From Actibacterium ureilyticum (GTDB lineage Bacteria; Pseudomonadota; Alphaproteobacteria; Rhodobacterales; Rhodobacteraceae), in contig NZ_NSBT01000037.1 of assembly GCF_002285435.1 (NCBI RefSeq), positions 1,006,313 to 1,070,312 on the forward strand: a stretch of 64,000 bases of DNA, written 5' to 3'. The notes under the pieces were generated by a model that saw nothing but the letters and a program-made list of their open reading frames with translations, was not told the origin of the DNA and did no database searches. Positions 1 to 12,296 of this stretch are shown here, in pieces; positions within the stretch are counted from its first letter, which is position 1; the number at the start of each line of letters is the position of its first letter. The translations under genes were made by a program, and so were the position numbers.

Positions 1-1430
1 GGCCCCTCGTCCGGCGCAAAGCCACAGGCGCGGGTGATGACCTCGACCGGCTCGTAAAGCCCGCCATGAACTTGCAGGTTGTCCCGCAGCCAACCCGTCG
101 CGGGGCCCAGATCGCCCGCCGCCAGTTGCGCATCCAGATCCGGCACCGCCCCGCGCAGCGCCTGCATCAGGCACCCGGCATAAAGGTTGCCCAGCGCATA
201 GGTCGGGAAATAGCCGAAAAGCCCCACCGACCAATGCACATCCTGCAGCACGCCATGCGCGGGCCGGTCAACCACCGCGCCGAAATCGCGGGCAAAGCGG
301 TCGTTCCACGCCGCCTCCAGATCCGCGACCTGCAAATCGCCCGCGACTAGCGCGCGCTCCAGATCGAAGCGCATCATGATGTGCAGGTTGTAATGCACCT
401 CGTCGGCCTCGGTCCGGATGAAGCCCGCATGCACGCGGTTGATCGCGGCATAGAACGCATCGGCATCCGCCGCGCCCGCGTCCCCGAACACATCGCCCAT
501 GCGGTCGAACAGGAACCCGGTAAAGGCGCGGCTGCGGCCCAGCTGGTTTTCATAGATCCGGCTTTGGCTTTCATGCACGCCCATCGACACGCCATGACCC
601 AGCGGCGTCAGGCGATAGGCGGCGTCGATATTCTGCTCGTAACAGCCATGCCCGACCTCGTGGATTGTCGAATACAGGCAATTCAGTGGATCGCGTTCAT
701 CCACCCGCGTGGTGATCCGCACATCCGCGGCCGAGCCGCTGGAGAACGGATGCACCGCCTTGTCGATCCGCCCGTGGGCGAAGTCATAGCCGAAGCGCCC
801 CGCGACCTCGCGCGCCAGTGCCAGCTGCGCGGCCTCGGGGAAATGGCCCTGCAACGCGGGCGGGGTCATCGCCGCGCCCATCACCCGCTCGCGCAGGGCC
901 ACCAGCCGCAGCCGCATCCGGTCGAAGATCGCGGCAATATCGGCCGCCTTGGCGCCCGGCTCGTAATCGTCCAGCAGCGCGTCATAAAGATCGCCATCCC
1001 CGGCCAGCGCGGCGGCCTCCTCGCGCTTCAGGCGCAGCACCTCGGCCAGAACCGGCAGGAACTTCGCCACGTCGCCTTCGGCCCGCGCCTCGGCCCAGAT
1101 GCCCTGCGCCCGGCTGGTCACGCGGGCCAACGCGCTGGCCAGCGCCTCGGGGATCTTGGTGTTGCGCGCATGGCTGCGCCGGATCAGCCGCAGTTTGGCC
1201 TGCGCCACCGGGTCCAGCCCCGCGTCGTCGATGGCCGCCAGCCAGTCGGCCAAGCGCGGATCGGTGCGGCGACGGTGCAGAACCGCCTCCAGCGCGGCCA
1301 TCTCCTCGGCCCGCTGATCGGCGGCACCGCGCGGCATCATGGTTTCCTGGTCCCAGCCCAGCCGCCCCGAGATCTCGGCCAGCGCCTCGGTCTCGTGCTG
1401 ATGAGCCATCAGCGCATCAAATGCAGTCAT
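1..1430 (-). CDS. Carboxypeptidase Taq (M32) family metallopeptidase, 3'-truncated by the window edge; start ATG at 1430
   Basis: Reverse-strand translation gives HEVGHGCYEQ (HExxH), HESQSR and GVLQDVHWS motifs typical of M32 carboxypeptidases. The ATG overlaps the ctaA stop (ATGA). No stop lies inside the window, so it is absent from the ORF track. Confidence 0.8.
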   Translation of the reverse strand, partial: MTAFDALMAHQHETEALAEISGRLGWDQETMMPRGAADQRAEEMAALEAVLHRRRTDPRLADWLAAIDDAGLDPVAQAKLRLIRRSHARNTKIPEALASALARVTSRAQGIWAEARAEGDVAKFLPVLAEVLRLKREEAAALAGDGDLYDALLDDYEPGAKAADIAAIFDRMRLRLVALRERVMGAAMTPPALQGHFPEAAQLALAREVAGRFGYDFAHGRIDKAVHPFSSGSAADVRITTRVDERDPLNCLYSTIHEVGHGCYEQNIDAAYRLTPLGHGVSMGVHESQSRIYENQLGRSRAFTGFLFDRMGDVFGDAGAADADAFYAAINRVHAGFIRTEADEVHYNLHIMMRFDLERALVAGDLQVADLEAAWNDRFARDFGAVVDRPAHGVLQDVHWSVGLFGYFPTYALGNLYAGCLMQALRGAVPDLDAQLAAGDLGPATGWLRDNLQVHGGLYEPVEVITRACGFAPDEG

Positions 1431-2575
1431 GCCGCCCCCCGTACAGATTGCGCCATCGGATATTGCGCCAGGAACCGCGCCCGCAGGATCAGCACCCACA
1501 GCACCACCGCACCCAGCTGGTGGGTGATCGCGATATGCCATTGGGCCGAGTTCATCACCGTCACGATCCCCAGAACCACCTGCCCGAACAGCAGCGCCGC
1601 CATCCAGTCGAATGCCGTCCTGGTCGCGCGATTGCCGCTCTTGCGCGCCCGCCGCCAGGTCACGATCCCGAAGATGAACAGCAGATAGCCCGCCATCCGA
1701 TGCATGAACTGCACCAGCCCGTCATTCTCGAAAAAGTTGCGCCAAAGCGGGCTCAGCCCCAGCGGCTCGGGCGGCAGAAAGCCCCCCGCCATCAGCGGCC
1801 AGTCGATATAGTTCCGCCCGGCATCGATCCCGGCCACCAACGCCCCCAGCAGGATCTGCAGGAACGCCAGATGCATCACCCCGGTCGACATCGAAAACAG
1901 CTTCGCCTCGCGCCCGCGCCGGGCCTGCATCAGCGCCGCCTCGGGCCGCGCCAACAGGAACACGTACCACGCGATCAGCCCCAGAATGGCAAAGGCCAGC
2001 CCCAGATGCGTGGCCAGCCGGTAAGATGCCACATCCAGCATCTCGCCCCCCAGGCCCGAGCTGACCATCCACCAACCGATCGCACCCTGCAAACCGCCCA
2101 GCACGCCCAGCCCCAGAAGCCGCCCGGTCCAGCCCACCGGGATCCGCTTGGTGAGCCAGAAAAACAGGAACCCGACGGCCCAGACCAGCCCGATCACCCG
2201 GCCCAGCTGCCGATGACCCCATTCCCACCAATAGATCGACTTGAACTCTGCCAGCGTCATCTGGTGGTTCTGCAACTGGTATTCCGGGATCTGCTTGTAC
2301 TTATCGAACTCCACCTGCCAATCGGCCGCCGACAGCGGCGGAAGCGCCCCGGTCACGGGCTTCCATTCGGTGATCGACAAACCGCTATCGGTCAGCCGGG
2401 TCAACCCGCCCACCAGGATCATCGCGACGACCAGCGCAAACACCACCATCAGCCAGACACGGATCGCCCCCCGCGCCCCCCGGCGCGCCCGGTCGATCCC
2501 CCCCGCCTGCGGCGTGGGCGGGACTTGGGCTTTCTCGGCCCCGACCTCTTCAAAAATACTGCGTTTCTGGCTCAT
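1427..2575 (-). CDS. ctaA: Heme A synthase (COX15/CtaA)
   Basis: ORF 1427..2608 is a polytopic membrane protein with CtaA-like conserved His-rich TM segments. The start was chosen at MSQKRS (2575), which has a GGAAGG RBS 8 nt upstream. Confidence 0.8.
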   Translation of the reverse strand: MSQKRSIFEEVGAEKAQVPPTPQAGGIDRARRGARGAIRVWLMVVFALVVAMILVGGLTRLTDSGLSITEWKPVTGALPPLSAADWQVEFDKYKQIPEYQLQNHQMTLAEFKSIYWWEWGHRQLGRVIGLVWAVGFLFFWLTKRIPVGWTGRLLGLGVLGGLQGAIGWWMVSSGLGGEMLDVASYRLATHLGLAFAILGLIAWYVFLLARPEAALMQARRGREAKLFSMSTGVMHLAFLQILLGALVAGIDAGRNYIDWPLMAGGFLPPEPLGLSPLWRNFFENDGLVQFMHRMAGYLLFIFGIVTWRRARKSGNRATRTAFDWMAALLFGQVVLGIVTVMNSAQWHIAITHQLGAVVLWVLILRARFLAQYPMAQSVRGAA

Positions 2576-2659
2576 GCGTCTGTCCTTCCGGTCGCCACGG
2601 CGCGGCACATACTGATACGTTTGCCCGGCGCGTCAACCCGGACCAAGCGCCGCGCCCCC

Positions 2660-2712
2660 TTCATCTTGGCCCAAATACCTCGGGGGAGTCGCCCGGTCGG
2701 GCGACGGGGGCA
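2660..2712 (+). repeat. Intergenic double-hairpin repeat element, copy A (aaatacctcgggggagtcgccc-NNNN-gggcgacgggggcagcgccccc)
   Basis: Near-identical sequence recurs at about 7262-7322 (same orientation) and about 3542-3592 (inverted). It contains a 7-bp stem gtcgccc/gggcgac with a variable 4-nt loop, plus a GGGGGC/GCCCCC hairpin. Confidence 0.7.
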
Positions 2713-2719
2713 GCGCCCC

Positions 2720-3475
2720 CTAATCCCCGCGTTCCTTCCAGCGCACCATCTGGCGCAGCATCCCGTGCAGGATCTGCACATCGGCCCGGGTCAGGGGCAT
2801 CCGGCTCCACATGTTGCGCAGGTTCAGCTTCATCCCTTCGGCCTTGGTCTGGGGGAAAAAGAACCCCGCCACGTCCAGCCGCTCTTCGAAATGATCGCCC
2901 AGCTTCTCGATCTCGGTCGCGTTGGCAAACTCGGTCTTGGCCATCTCCACCACCTCGGGCACAACCTGGGTCGTCTGGCGCCGCCATTCATAGGCGGTCA
3001 GCAACACGCATTGCGCCAGGTTGAGCGAGGCGAAATCGGGGTTCACCGGGACCGAGATGATCGCATTGGCCCGCGCGATATCGTCGTTTTCCAGCCCCGC
3101 CCGTTCGGGGCCGAACAGCACCGCGACCTTGCGCCCCTCGGCGATCATGGCGCGGGACTGTTCCATGGCGCGTTCGGGGCTGACCACGGGTTTCGTCAGC
3201 CCGCGCGCCCGGGCGGTCGTGGCATAGACGTAATCGCAATCGGCCAGCGCCGCGCCCGTCGTCTCGAAAAGTCCCGCCGCATCCAGCAGCCGGCCCGCGC
3301 CGCTGGCCATCGCGACCGCCTTCTGGTTCGGCCAGCCATCGCGCGGGTCGACGATGCGCATCCGGTCCAGGCCGAAATTCCACATCGCGCGCGCCGCACC
3401 GCCGATATTTTCCCCCATCTGCGGGCGCACCAGCACGAAGGCGGGTTGCGGGCCGGTCCAGTCCTGATCGCTCAC
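2720..3475 (-). CDS. SpoU/TrmH-family RNA 2'-O-methyltransferase (TrmJ-like)
   Basis: C-terminal 251 aa of ORF 2720..3955 carry the VLVRPQMGENIGGAARAMWNFGL SpoU motif. A GTG start at 3475 is preceded by AAGGA; the upstream part of the ORF is GC-junk. Confidence 0.75.
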   Translation of the reverse strand: MSDQDWTGPQPAFVLVRPQMGENIGGAARAMWNFGLDRMRIVDPRDGWPNQKAVAMASGAGRLLDAAGLFETTGAALADCDYVYATTARARGLTKPVVSPERAMEQSRAMIAEGRKVAVLFGPERAGLENDDIARANAIISVPVNPDFASLNLAQCVLLTAYEWRRQTTQVVPEVVEMAKTEFANATEIEKLGDHFEERLDVAGFFFPQTKAEGMKLNLRNMWSRMPLTRADVQILHGMLRQMVRWKERGD

Positions 3476-3541
3476 GTCGGCATGTCCTTGCTGTGATCGT
3501 TGCGCGGGTGATACGCGGACCTGCGCGGATCGGCAAGCATG

Positions 3542-3592
3542 GCGGGGGCGCTGCCCCCGTCGCCCCTTGGGCGACTCCCCCGGAGTATTTCG
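3542..3592 (-). repeat. Intergenic double-hairpin repeat element, copy B (inverted orientation)
   Basis: The reverse complement matches the copy A/C core (ggggagtcgccc aagg ggcgacgggggcagcgccccc); only the loop differs. Confidence 0.65.
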
Positions 3593-3697
3593 TGAACAAT
3601 GAAGCGCCGGTCGGGTTCGGCGCCGCAACCGCCGCCGATGGTCAAGCGGAAAAAACCCGGCTATAGGGGCGGGAAGCGCAGAAAGGAGAGCCCTGCA

Positions 3698-4318
3698 ATG
3701 GCCGAGATCGAGCGTCCGCAGATTTACCTGATCACCCCGCCGGAATTCGAATTGTCGTCCTTCCCCGATCGGTTGGCGCGGGTGCTGGACGCGCACGAGA
3801 TCGCCTGTCTGCGCCTTTCGATGGCCAGCCGGGACGAGGACCGCGTGTCGCGCGCCGCCGATGCGCTGCGTGCCGTGGCCCATGCCCGCGACATCGCCAT
3901 CGCGATCGAGGAACATGTGCAGCTTGTGGAACGGCTGGGGCTGGACGGCGTACATCTGACCGATGGCGCACGTTCGGTCCGCAAGGTCCGCAAGGAGCTG
4001 GGCGCCGATGCCATCGTGGGGGCGTTCTGCGGCGCCTCACGCCATGACGGGATGAACGCGGGCGAGGCCGGGGTGGATTATGTCAGCTTCGGGCCGGTGG
4101 GCGCCACGGCGCTCGGCGATGGGGCGGTGGCCGAACCCGCGCTGTTCGCCTGGTGGTCCGAGATGATCGAGGTGCCGGTGGTCGCCGAAGGGGCGCTGTC
4201 GGTGGAAAGCGTGGCGCAACTGGCGCCGGTCACCGATTTCTTCGGCATCGGGGACGAGATCTGGGGCGCCGACGATCCGGCGGCGGCGCTTGGCGCGCTG
4301 ATCGCGGCCATGGGCTGA
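3698..4318 (+). CDS. Thiamine-phosphate synthase (ThiE)-family protein
   Basis: ORF 3599..4318; start set at MAEIERPQIYLITPP (GGAGAG RBS). IYLITP and ThiE-like TIM-barrel motifs are present. There is no TPP-riboswitch signature upstream. Confidence 0.6.
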   Translation: MAEIERPQIYLITPPEFELSSFPDRLARVLDAHEIACLRLSMASRDEDRVSRAADALRAVAHARDIAIAIEEHVQLVERLGLDGVHLTDGARSVRKVRKELGADAIVGAFCGASRHDGMNAGEAGVDYVSFGPVGATALGDGAVAEPALFAWWSEMIEVPVVAEGALSVESVAQLAPVTDFFGIGDEIWGADDPAAALGALIAAMG

Positions 4319-4398
4319 GCGCCGGTGCCGCCACGTCCGGCTTGCGTCAACGGTCCGCATCCGCCACGCCAAAAGGGACCCAGCCGGAGGAGCCCCGC

Positions 4399-4689
4399 AT
4401 GTCAGACGCCGTTTCCCGCATGATCGATTTCCTGGACCCCCGCGCCCGTGGCCAGATCAGGGGCAGCGCCAAGCTGGTCCTGCCGGGCGAGGGCAGCCTG
4501 ATCCTGACCGAAGAGGGCGCGCGCGCCGGTGACGATGCCGCCGATGTCACCCTGACCGCGAGCGAGGACACGTTCCGCGCGATTGCCGAGGGCACGCAGA
4601 ACCCCGTCACCGCCTTCATGACCGGCAAGCTCAAGGTCGACGGCTCGACCACCCGCGCGCTGAAGGTCAGCGCGGTTCTGACGGGATAA
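4399..4689 (+). CDS. SCP2 sterol-binding domain protein
   Basis: The 96-aa C-terminal part of ORF 4153..4689 (MSDAVSRMIDFLDP...FMTGKLKVDGS) behind a GGAGGAG RBS matches the SCP-2 fold signature. Confidence 0.65.
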   Translation: MSDAVSRMIDFLDPRARGQIRGSAKLVLPGEGSLILTEEGARAGDDAADVTLTASEDTFRAIAEGTQNPVTAFMTGKLKVDGSTTRALKVSAVLTG

Positions 4690-5509
4690 GCCGCGCGGCA
4701 TCCATCCCGCGCCGCACCGCATCCTCGCAATGCGCCGCCAGCGCCTTGCGCTCCGGGAAGTCCGCAACCGCGACGGGCGGATGATAGACGACCTCGACCG
4801 CCCCCTGCCGCGGCGCGGCCAGCACCTTGAGCAGGTGGCTGCCGAAATCCATGTCGCCCCACCAGCCATAGAACCGCGCATCCGCGCCCGCTGGCGCACG
4901 ATAGATCACGGTGACCGGCTGCACCTGCATTTCCTGCCGCAAGCCGTCGGCAAAGAATGCCGCGAACAGCGTCGATTTGAACGGCAGAACCCGGATACCG
5001 TCGGTCGATGTCCCCTCGGGGAAGAACAGCAGCTTGTGACCGGCATGCAGGCGATCCTCGAACAGCTGTTTCTGGGCCCGCGCCTCGCGCCGGTCGCGGT
5101 TGATGAACACCGTGCCCGTGGCGCGCGCCAGCCAGCCGATGCCGGGCCAGGCCGCGACCTCGGCCTTGGACACGAAATAGATCCGCTTGCGCGCATTCAG
5201 GGTAAAGATATCCAGCCAGCTGGCATGGTTGGCCACCACTGCGCCTGGGCCGCGCATCAGCTCGCCCGTCGTCCGATAGGGCATGCGCAGGATGCGGAAC
5301 GCATTGCGACAGACAAACTGCGTGATATGCGGCGTCACCGGGCGGCGCAGGCCGAACAGCGGCCGTTCGATCAGCCGCACCAGCAGCAATAGCGCCAGGC
5401 AGCCGAAGGTCAGTGTTCCCAGCAGCCCGCCACGCCACAGCACGCGCAGCCAGCCCGCCGCGCCGATCGGCACGGGATCGGGCCGGGCCGCTTCCCAATC
5501 TTGGGTCAC
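4667..5509 (-). CDS. olsA: Lyso-ornithine lipid O-acyltransferase (PlsC family) OlsA
   Basis: NHASWLD and FPEGT acyltransferase motifs are present. A GTG start at 5509 overlaps the olsB stop (GTGA), and the gene lies immediately downstream of olsB. Confidence 0.75.
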   Translation of the reverse strand: MTQDWEAARPDPVPIGAAGWLRVLWRGGLLGTLTFGCLALLLLVRLIERPLFGLRRPVTPHITQFVCRNAFRILRMPYRTTGELMRGPGAVVANHASWLDIFTLNARKRIYFVSKAEVAAWPGIGWLARATGTVFINRDRREARAQKQLFEDRLHAGHKLLFFPEGTSTDGIRVLPFKSTLFAAFFADGLRQEMQVQPVTVIYRAPAGADARFYGWWGDMDFGSHLLKVLAAPRQGAVEVVYHPPVAVADFPERKALAAHCEDAVRRGMDAARLIPSEPR

Positions 5510-6282
5510 CCCGCCCGCCCCCCGGTATAACGGGCGCGCGATTTGGCATTCATCCGCGCGGTATCCATTACCAGGCAAACGTCGATGGTGTTGAAGGCAT
5601 GGTCGATAAACGCCCCCTCGCCCACGAACCCGCCCAGCCGCAGATAGGCCTTGATCAACGCGGGCGTGGCCAGCATTGCCGCCTTGCGGTCCACCGCATC
5701 GGCGGGGATCAGGTCCATCGGCTGGAAATGCGCCTCCAGCGCCCGCACCCGCAGATCGGGCGGCGCCAGGTGGTTGTGATGCAAAAACGCCAGCGGCTGT
5801 TCCAGCGCCACCGGATCGGTCCCGTGGAACGAGGCCACGCCGAACAGCACCTCGATCCCGCGTTCCAGAACGTAATCGGCCAGCCCGGTCCACATGTGAT
5901 GCATCGCCATGCCGCCGCGATAATCGGCATGCAGGCACGACCGGCCCAGCTCCAGCAGCTTGCGCCCGCCGGATTTCAGCACGCTCAGATCGTATTCATC
6001 CTCGCTATAGAACCGGCCCAGCACGGCGGCCTTGTCGCCCGGCAACAGGCGATAGACGCCGACAACGCCGTCCAACTCCCGCGGGCCATCGGGATCGATC
6101 AGCAACAGGTGATCGTAATGGTCGTCGAAGGCGTCAGCCTCGATCCGGGCATCGTGATCCACCATCGGGCCATCGCCGCCCAGTTCGGCCACGAACACCT
6201 CATAGCGCAACCTCTGCGCCGCCCGCAGGTCGGCCTCTCCATCGGCCAGCCGGACCTGAAACTGCCTGTCTTCGACGATCAT
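5506..6282 (-). CDS. olsB: Ornithine N-acyltransferase (GNAT/hemolysin-like) OlsB
   Basis: 258-aa ORF with the OlsB-type GNAT fold, translationally coupled to the olsA homolog. The olsBA arrangement is typical of alphaproteobacteria. Confidence 0.75.
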   Translation of the reverse strand: MIVEDRQFQVRLADGEADLRAAQRLRYEVFVAELGGDGPMVDHDARIEADAFDDHYDHLLLIDPDGPRELDGVVGVYRLLPGDKAAVLGRFYSEDEYDLSVLKSGGRKLLELGRSCLHADYRGGMAMHHMWTGLADYVLERGIEVLFGVASFHGTDPVALEQPLAFLHHNHLAPPDLRVRALEAHFQPMDLIPADAVDRKAAMLATPALIKAYLRLGGFVGEGAFIDHAFNTIDVCLVMDTARMNAKSRARYTGGRAG

Positions 6283-6429
6283 CTGCGAAACAACGGTTCC
6301 GATTGCGCCCCATGCGTTCGAAGGCTTCTAGGCAGCGGCGCGGCAAATTGCAACTGCACTGCCCGGTTGACGGGTATTAACCCCCCGTTAAGGATGATCG
6401 CACTACGGATGGGGAAGCCGCGCATCTGT

Positions 6430-6594
6430 TCAGGAGTCGAAAACCGGTATGAGCTCAACCTGCGCCCCGTCGATCACCACCTTGCCCTGGTGTTCGAAAT
6501 TGACGGTGATCCGTCCGTTGATGTTCGATTGCACCTGGCCCAGCCCCCAATCCGCCTCGCGCGGGTGGCGCACGAACATGCCCGGCTCCAGCAT
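6430..6594 (-). CDS. DUF3553-family small protein
   Basis: The C-terminal 54 aa of ORF 6430..7167 (MLEPGMFVRHPREADWGLGQV...VELIPVFDS) resemble DUF3553. The upstream part of the ORF is antisense to chpT. Confidence 0.5.
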   Translation of the reverse strand: MLEPGMFVRHPREADWGLGQVQSNINGRITVNFEHQGKVVIDGAQVELIPVFDS

Positions 6595-6648
6595 TGCATT
6601 CAGGTCACTCAAGACTTTCATCCATTTCTTCAAGGGATCCATCACATC

Positions 6649-7254
6649 ATGAGCACTTCCGGCCCCGATCTGACAGCTTTGGTCGGCTCGCGAATCTGTC
6701 ACGACCTTATCAGCCCTCTGGGGGCCATCGGCAATGGTCTGGAACTGCTGGGCATGGCCCAACCGGGTCAGGCCGGATCCGAAGAACTGTCGCTGATCCA
6801 CCAAAGCGTCGCCAACGCCAATGCCCGCGTGCGGTTCTATCGCGTGGCCTTCGGTGCCGCCGACCGCACCCAAAAGATCGCCCGGACCGAGCTGACCTCG
6901 ATCCTGCGCGACAGCTTCACCGGCGGGCGGATCGCGGTGGAACAGACATTGGGCGACGATCTGAACCGCGCCGACGCGAAACTGGCGCTGCTGTTGGTGC
7001 TGTGCCTGGAAACCGCGCTGCCCCGGGGCGGCACGATCAGCGTCACGCAGGACGGGCCGCGCTGGCACCTGTCGGGCACTGGCCCGCGGGTTTCGGCGAA
7101 CGAGGTGCTGTGGCAATCCATCACCTCGCCGGTCCTGGACGCCCATTTCAGCGCGGCCGAGGTGCAATTCGCCCTGCTGCCCGCCGCCACCGCCCGCGCC
7201 GGACGCGCCCTGTCGGTGTCGCTGGGGGAAAGCGCGATCGAAATCCGCTTCTGA
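6649..7254 (+). CDS. chpT: Histidine phosphotransferase ChpT
   Basis: The 201-aa product begins MSTSGPDLTALVGSRICHDLISPLGAIGNGLELL, the HisKA-like phosphoacceptor region of ChpT. It is embedded in the long spurious ORF 5413..7254. RBS AAGGGA. Confidence 0.8.
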   Translation: MSTSGPDLTALVGSRICHDLISPLGAIGNGLELLGMAQPGQAGSEELSLIHQSVANANARVRFYRVAFGAADRTQKIARTELTSILRDSFTGGRIAVEQTLGDDLNRADAKLALLLVLCLETALPRGGTISVTQDGPRWHLSGTGPRVSANEVLWQSITSPVLDAHFSAAEVQFALLPAATARAGRALSVSLGESAIEIRF

Positions 7255-7261
7255 CCGCTTT

Positions 7262-7322
7262 CATCTTGGTCAAATACCTCGGGGGAGTCGCCCGACCGGG
7301 CGACGGGGGCAGCGCCCCCACC
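7262..7322 (+). repeat. Intergenic double-hairpin repeat element, copy C
   Basis: catcttggtcaaatacctcgggggagtcgcccgaccgggcgacgggggcagcgccccc is almost identical to copy A, including the 5' flank. Confidence 0.7.
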
Positions 7323-7331
7323 CGATGCCGA

Positions 7332-8594
7332 TCAGGGGCGCACCGCCCCGTCCGCTTCGACGATATACTTGAAGCTGGTCAATTGCTCGGCGCCCACCGG
7401 ACCGCGCGCATGCATCTTGCCGGTGGCGATGCCGATCTCGGCGCCCATCCCGAACTCGCCCCCATCGGCGAACTGGGTCGAGGCATTGCGCATCAGGATC
7501 GCGCTGTCGAGCCGGGCAAAGAACCGCTCGGCCACCGCATCGTCGGCGGTGATCACGCAATCGGTGTGGTTCGATCCGAATTGCCGGATATGCGCGATGG
7601 CCCCGTCGATGTCATCGACGATCTTCGCGGCGATATCCATGTCCAGATATTCGCGCCCCCAATCCTCGTCAGTTGCCGCAACGGTGCCGGACAGGCCCGC
7701 GCCCGCATGTACCGTCACGCCCGCCGCCATCAGCTCGTCCAGCACCTGCTGGCCCAGCCCGCCCGCGATGTCGCGATGGATCAACAGGCATTCGGCGGCA
7801 CCGCAAATGCCGGTGCGCCGGGTCTTGGCGTTCATCACTACCTTGCGCGCGATTTCAGGGTCCGCGGCCTTGTCCAGGAAAATATGCACGATCCCCTCAA
7901 GATGGGCGAAAACCGGCACCCGCGCCTCGCGCTGGACCAGCCCCACCAGCCCCTTGCCGCCACGCGGCACGATCACGTCAATCGTGTCGGTCATGGTCAG
8001 CATTTCCTGCACCGCCGCGCGGTCGCGGGTGGGCACGCGCTGGATCGCATCCTCGGGCAGGCCCGCCTGGCGCAGCCCCTCGACCAGACAGGCATGGATC
8101 GCGCCCGAGCTGTGGAAGCTTTCCGAGCCGCCGCGCAGGATCACCGCATTGCCCGCTTTCAGGCAAAGCGCGCCGGCATCGGCGGTCACGTTGGGGCGGC
8201 TTTCATAGATCACCCCCACCACGCCCAAGGGCGTGCGCACCCGACGGATATGCAGGCCCGAGGGGCGGTCCCATTCGGTGATGACCTGCCCCACCGGATC
8301 GTCCTGAGCGGCCACGCTGCGCAGCCCGTCGCAGATCCCCTGGATCCGCGCCTCGTCCAGCAGCAGCCGGTCCAGCATGGCGGGTGTCAGGCCCTTGGCC
8401 CGGCCATACTCCATATCCTGCGCATTGGCGGCGATGATCTCGTCGCGCCGCGCCCAGACCGCATCGGCCGCGGCTTCCAGCGCCGCGCGTTTGACATCCG
8501 CCGGGGCGAAGGCCAGCTCGGCGGCGGCGGCTTTCGCCCGCGCGCCCAGATCAGCCATCAGTTCGGGGATGTTTTCGGCGTGGTCCTTCATCAC
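7332..8594 (-). CDS. proA: Gamma-glutamyl phosphate reductase
   Basis: 420-aa ORF with full-length ProA similarity (aldehyde dehydrogenase fold, catalytic Cys region). Confidence 0.9.
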   Translation of the reverse strand: MMKDHAENIPELMADLGARAKAAAAELAFAPADVKRAALEAAADAVWARRDEIIAANAQDMEYGRAKGLTPAMLDRLLLDEARIQGICDGLRSVAAQDDPVGQVITEWDRPSGLHIRRVRTPLGVVGVIYESRPNVTADAGALCLKAGNAVILRGGSESFHSSGAIHACLVEGLRQAGLPEDAIQRVPTRDRAAVQEMLTMTDTIDVIVPRGGKGLVGLVQREARVPVFAHLEGIVHIFLDKAADPEIARKVVMNAKTRRTGICGAAECLLIHRDIAGGLGQQVLDELMAAGVTVHAGAGLSGTVAATDEDWGREYLDMDIAAKIVDDIDGAIAHIRQFGSNHTDCVITADDAVAERFFARLDSAILMRNASTQFADGGEFGMGAEIGIATGKMHARGPVGAEQLTSFKYIVEADGAVRP

Positions 8595-8655
8595 AATCGT
8601 CCGTCCTTGCGGCGCGCGGGGCGCCTGTTTGAGTATTTATACCAAGAAGAAGCGG

Positions 8656-11329
<2,674 letters not shown>

Positions 11330-11333
11330 CGGA

Positions 11334-11873
11334 TCAGCTCAGCTTCTTCAGATAGGTCCAGGTGGCGACATTGGCGTTGCGGGCCACGCTGAAGACCTCG
11401 GCATCGCCCAGGTATTCGAAGCCGGCATTGGTCAGCACACGGGCCGAACCGGGGTTGTCCTGAAACACCTTGGCAAAGACGGTCTTGTTGTCCAGCGGGT
11501 TGGCCTTCAGCAGGGCGCCCACTGCCTCGGACGCGATGCCGCTGTTCCAAAGCGCGGGCGCGACCCAATAGCCGATCTCGGACTGGTCGCGATCCAACCG
11601 CTTGAGCGAGATCACCCCCAGAAGCTCGCCCATCCCGCCGGCAGAGCCGTCCATGATCCAGACATCCTCGTCCCGATCATCGGACACTGACCGGGCGATG
11701 AACGCCTCGGCCGCGCCGGGCGGCAGCGGGTGCGGGATCGAGCTGGTATTGCGGGCGACACGTTCGTCCCCGGCATACATCCTGAGCAGCCCTTCGTCCG
11801 ATTTCCGCACGGGCCGCAGCCCGAACCGTTCCGCCGCGATGGTCGGCTGGTTCACAATCGCTTCAATAATCAT
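11334..11873 (-). CDS. GNAT family N-acetyltransferase (second, paralogous)
   Basis: Start at MIIEAIVNQ with a GGAGGAGGGAAGG RBS. The upstream part of ORF 11334..11993 lacks an RBS and has poor composition. Confidence 0.7.
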   Translation of the reverse strand: MIIEAIVNQPTIAAERFGLRPVRKSDEGLLRMYAGDERVARNTSSIPHPLPPGAAEAFIARSVSDDRDEDVWIMDGSAGGMGELLGVISLKRLDRDQSEIGYWVAPALWNSGIASEAVGALLKANPLDNKTVFAKVFQDNPGSARVLTNAGFEYLGDAEVFSVARNANVATWTYLKKLS

Positions 11874-12234
11874 GCCTTCCCTCCTCCGAAAACAATCGCG
11901 CGCCCCGGGGGACACACGGCACGGGCACGGCGCGCTGACGCCGGGCGGACGCAAGATGCCGAAATCCGGCACGCGCGGCCTTGCCAAGCCCAAGTGAAAT
12001 GGCGATCACCACCACCCCTTGCAAGAGATGCAGGTTCGCCAGCGCCTGCACCCCTCCCTGGTGCAGGCTCAGCGCCGCCTGGGGGTGCGAGCCGATCGAG
12101 GCCAGCGATCCGGGCGGCGGGCCGGACGACGCCATGCGCATCCCGGCCATCTTCAAACTCAGCCAGCACAGGGCAGCGGACGCCAGACCGATACAGGCGA
12201 CGGTGAAACCGGACCGGTGGCCGGTATCGGGCAT
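11863..12234 (-). CDS. Possible small membrane protein (two predicted TM helices), uncertain
   Basis: The minus-strand ORF has GC3-rich codons in its first ~80 codons and a GGGGA RBS before MPDTG. It begins right after the rpmA terminator and overlaps the GNAT start by 11 nt. Its later codons are AT-ending. Confidence 0.25.
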   Translation of the reverse strand: MPDTGHRSGFTVACIGLASAALCWLSLKMAGMRMASSGPPPGSLASIGSHPQAALSLHQGGVQALANLHLLQGVVVIAISLGLGKAARAGFRHLASARRQRAVPVPCVPRGARLFSEEGRHDY

Positions 12235-12296
12235 CGGGGGCGTCCCCGTCAGGATCGTCTGGTTCTGCAACATGCGTTTGACTGACTTAAACAAAA

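Noticed and set aside
381-1688. 435-aa + strand ORF
   Set aside because: Antisense to the M32 carboxypeptidase, which has clear HExxH motifs on the minus strand. Composition Arg/Gly-rich with no homology.
818-3496. 892-aa + strand ORF spanning ctaA and trmJ regions
   Set aside because: Arg/Pro/Gly/Ala-dominated low-complexity translation antisense to well-supported genes; typical GC-rich frame artefact.
3540-3697. TPP riboswitch upstream of the ThiE-like gene
   Set aside because: No CUGAGA/ACYUGA core or thi-box architecture; the region is occupied by repeat element copy B.
5413-6648. N-terminal 412 codons of the 613-aa + ORF 5413..7254
   Set aside because: Only the last 201 codons (ChpT) look genuine. 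The upstream part is antisense to olsB/olsA and compositionally junk; ChpT has its own RBS and ATG at 6649.
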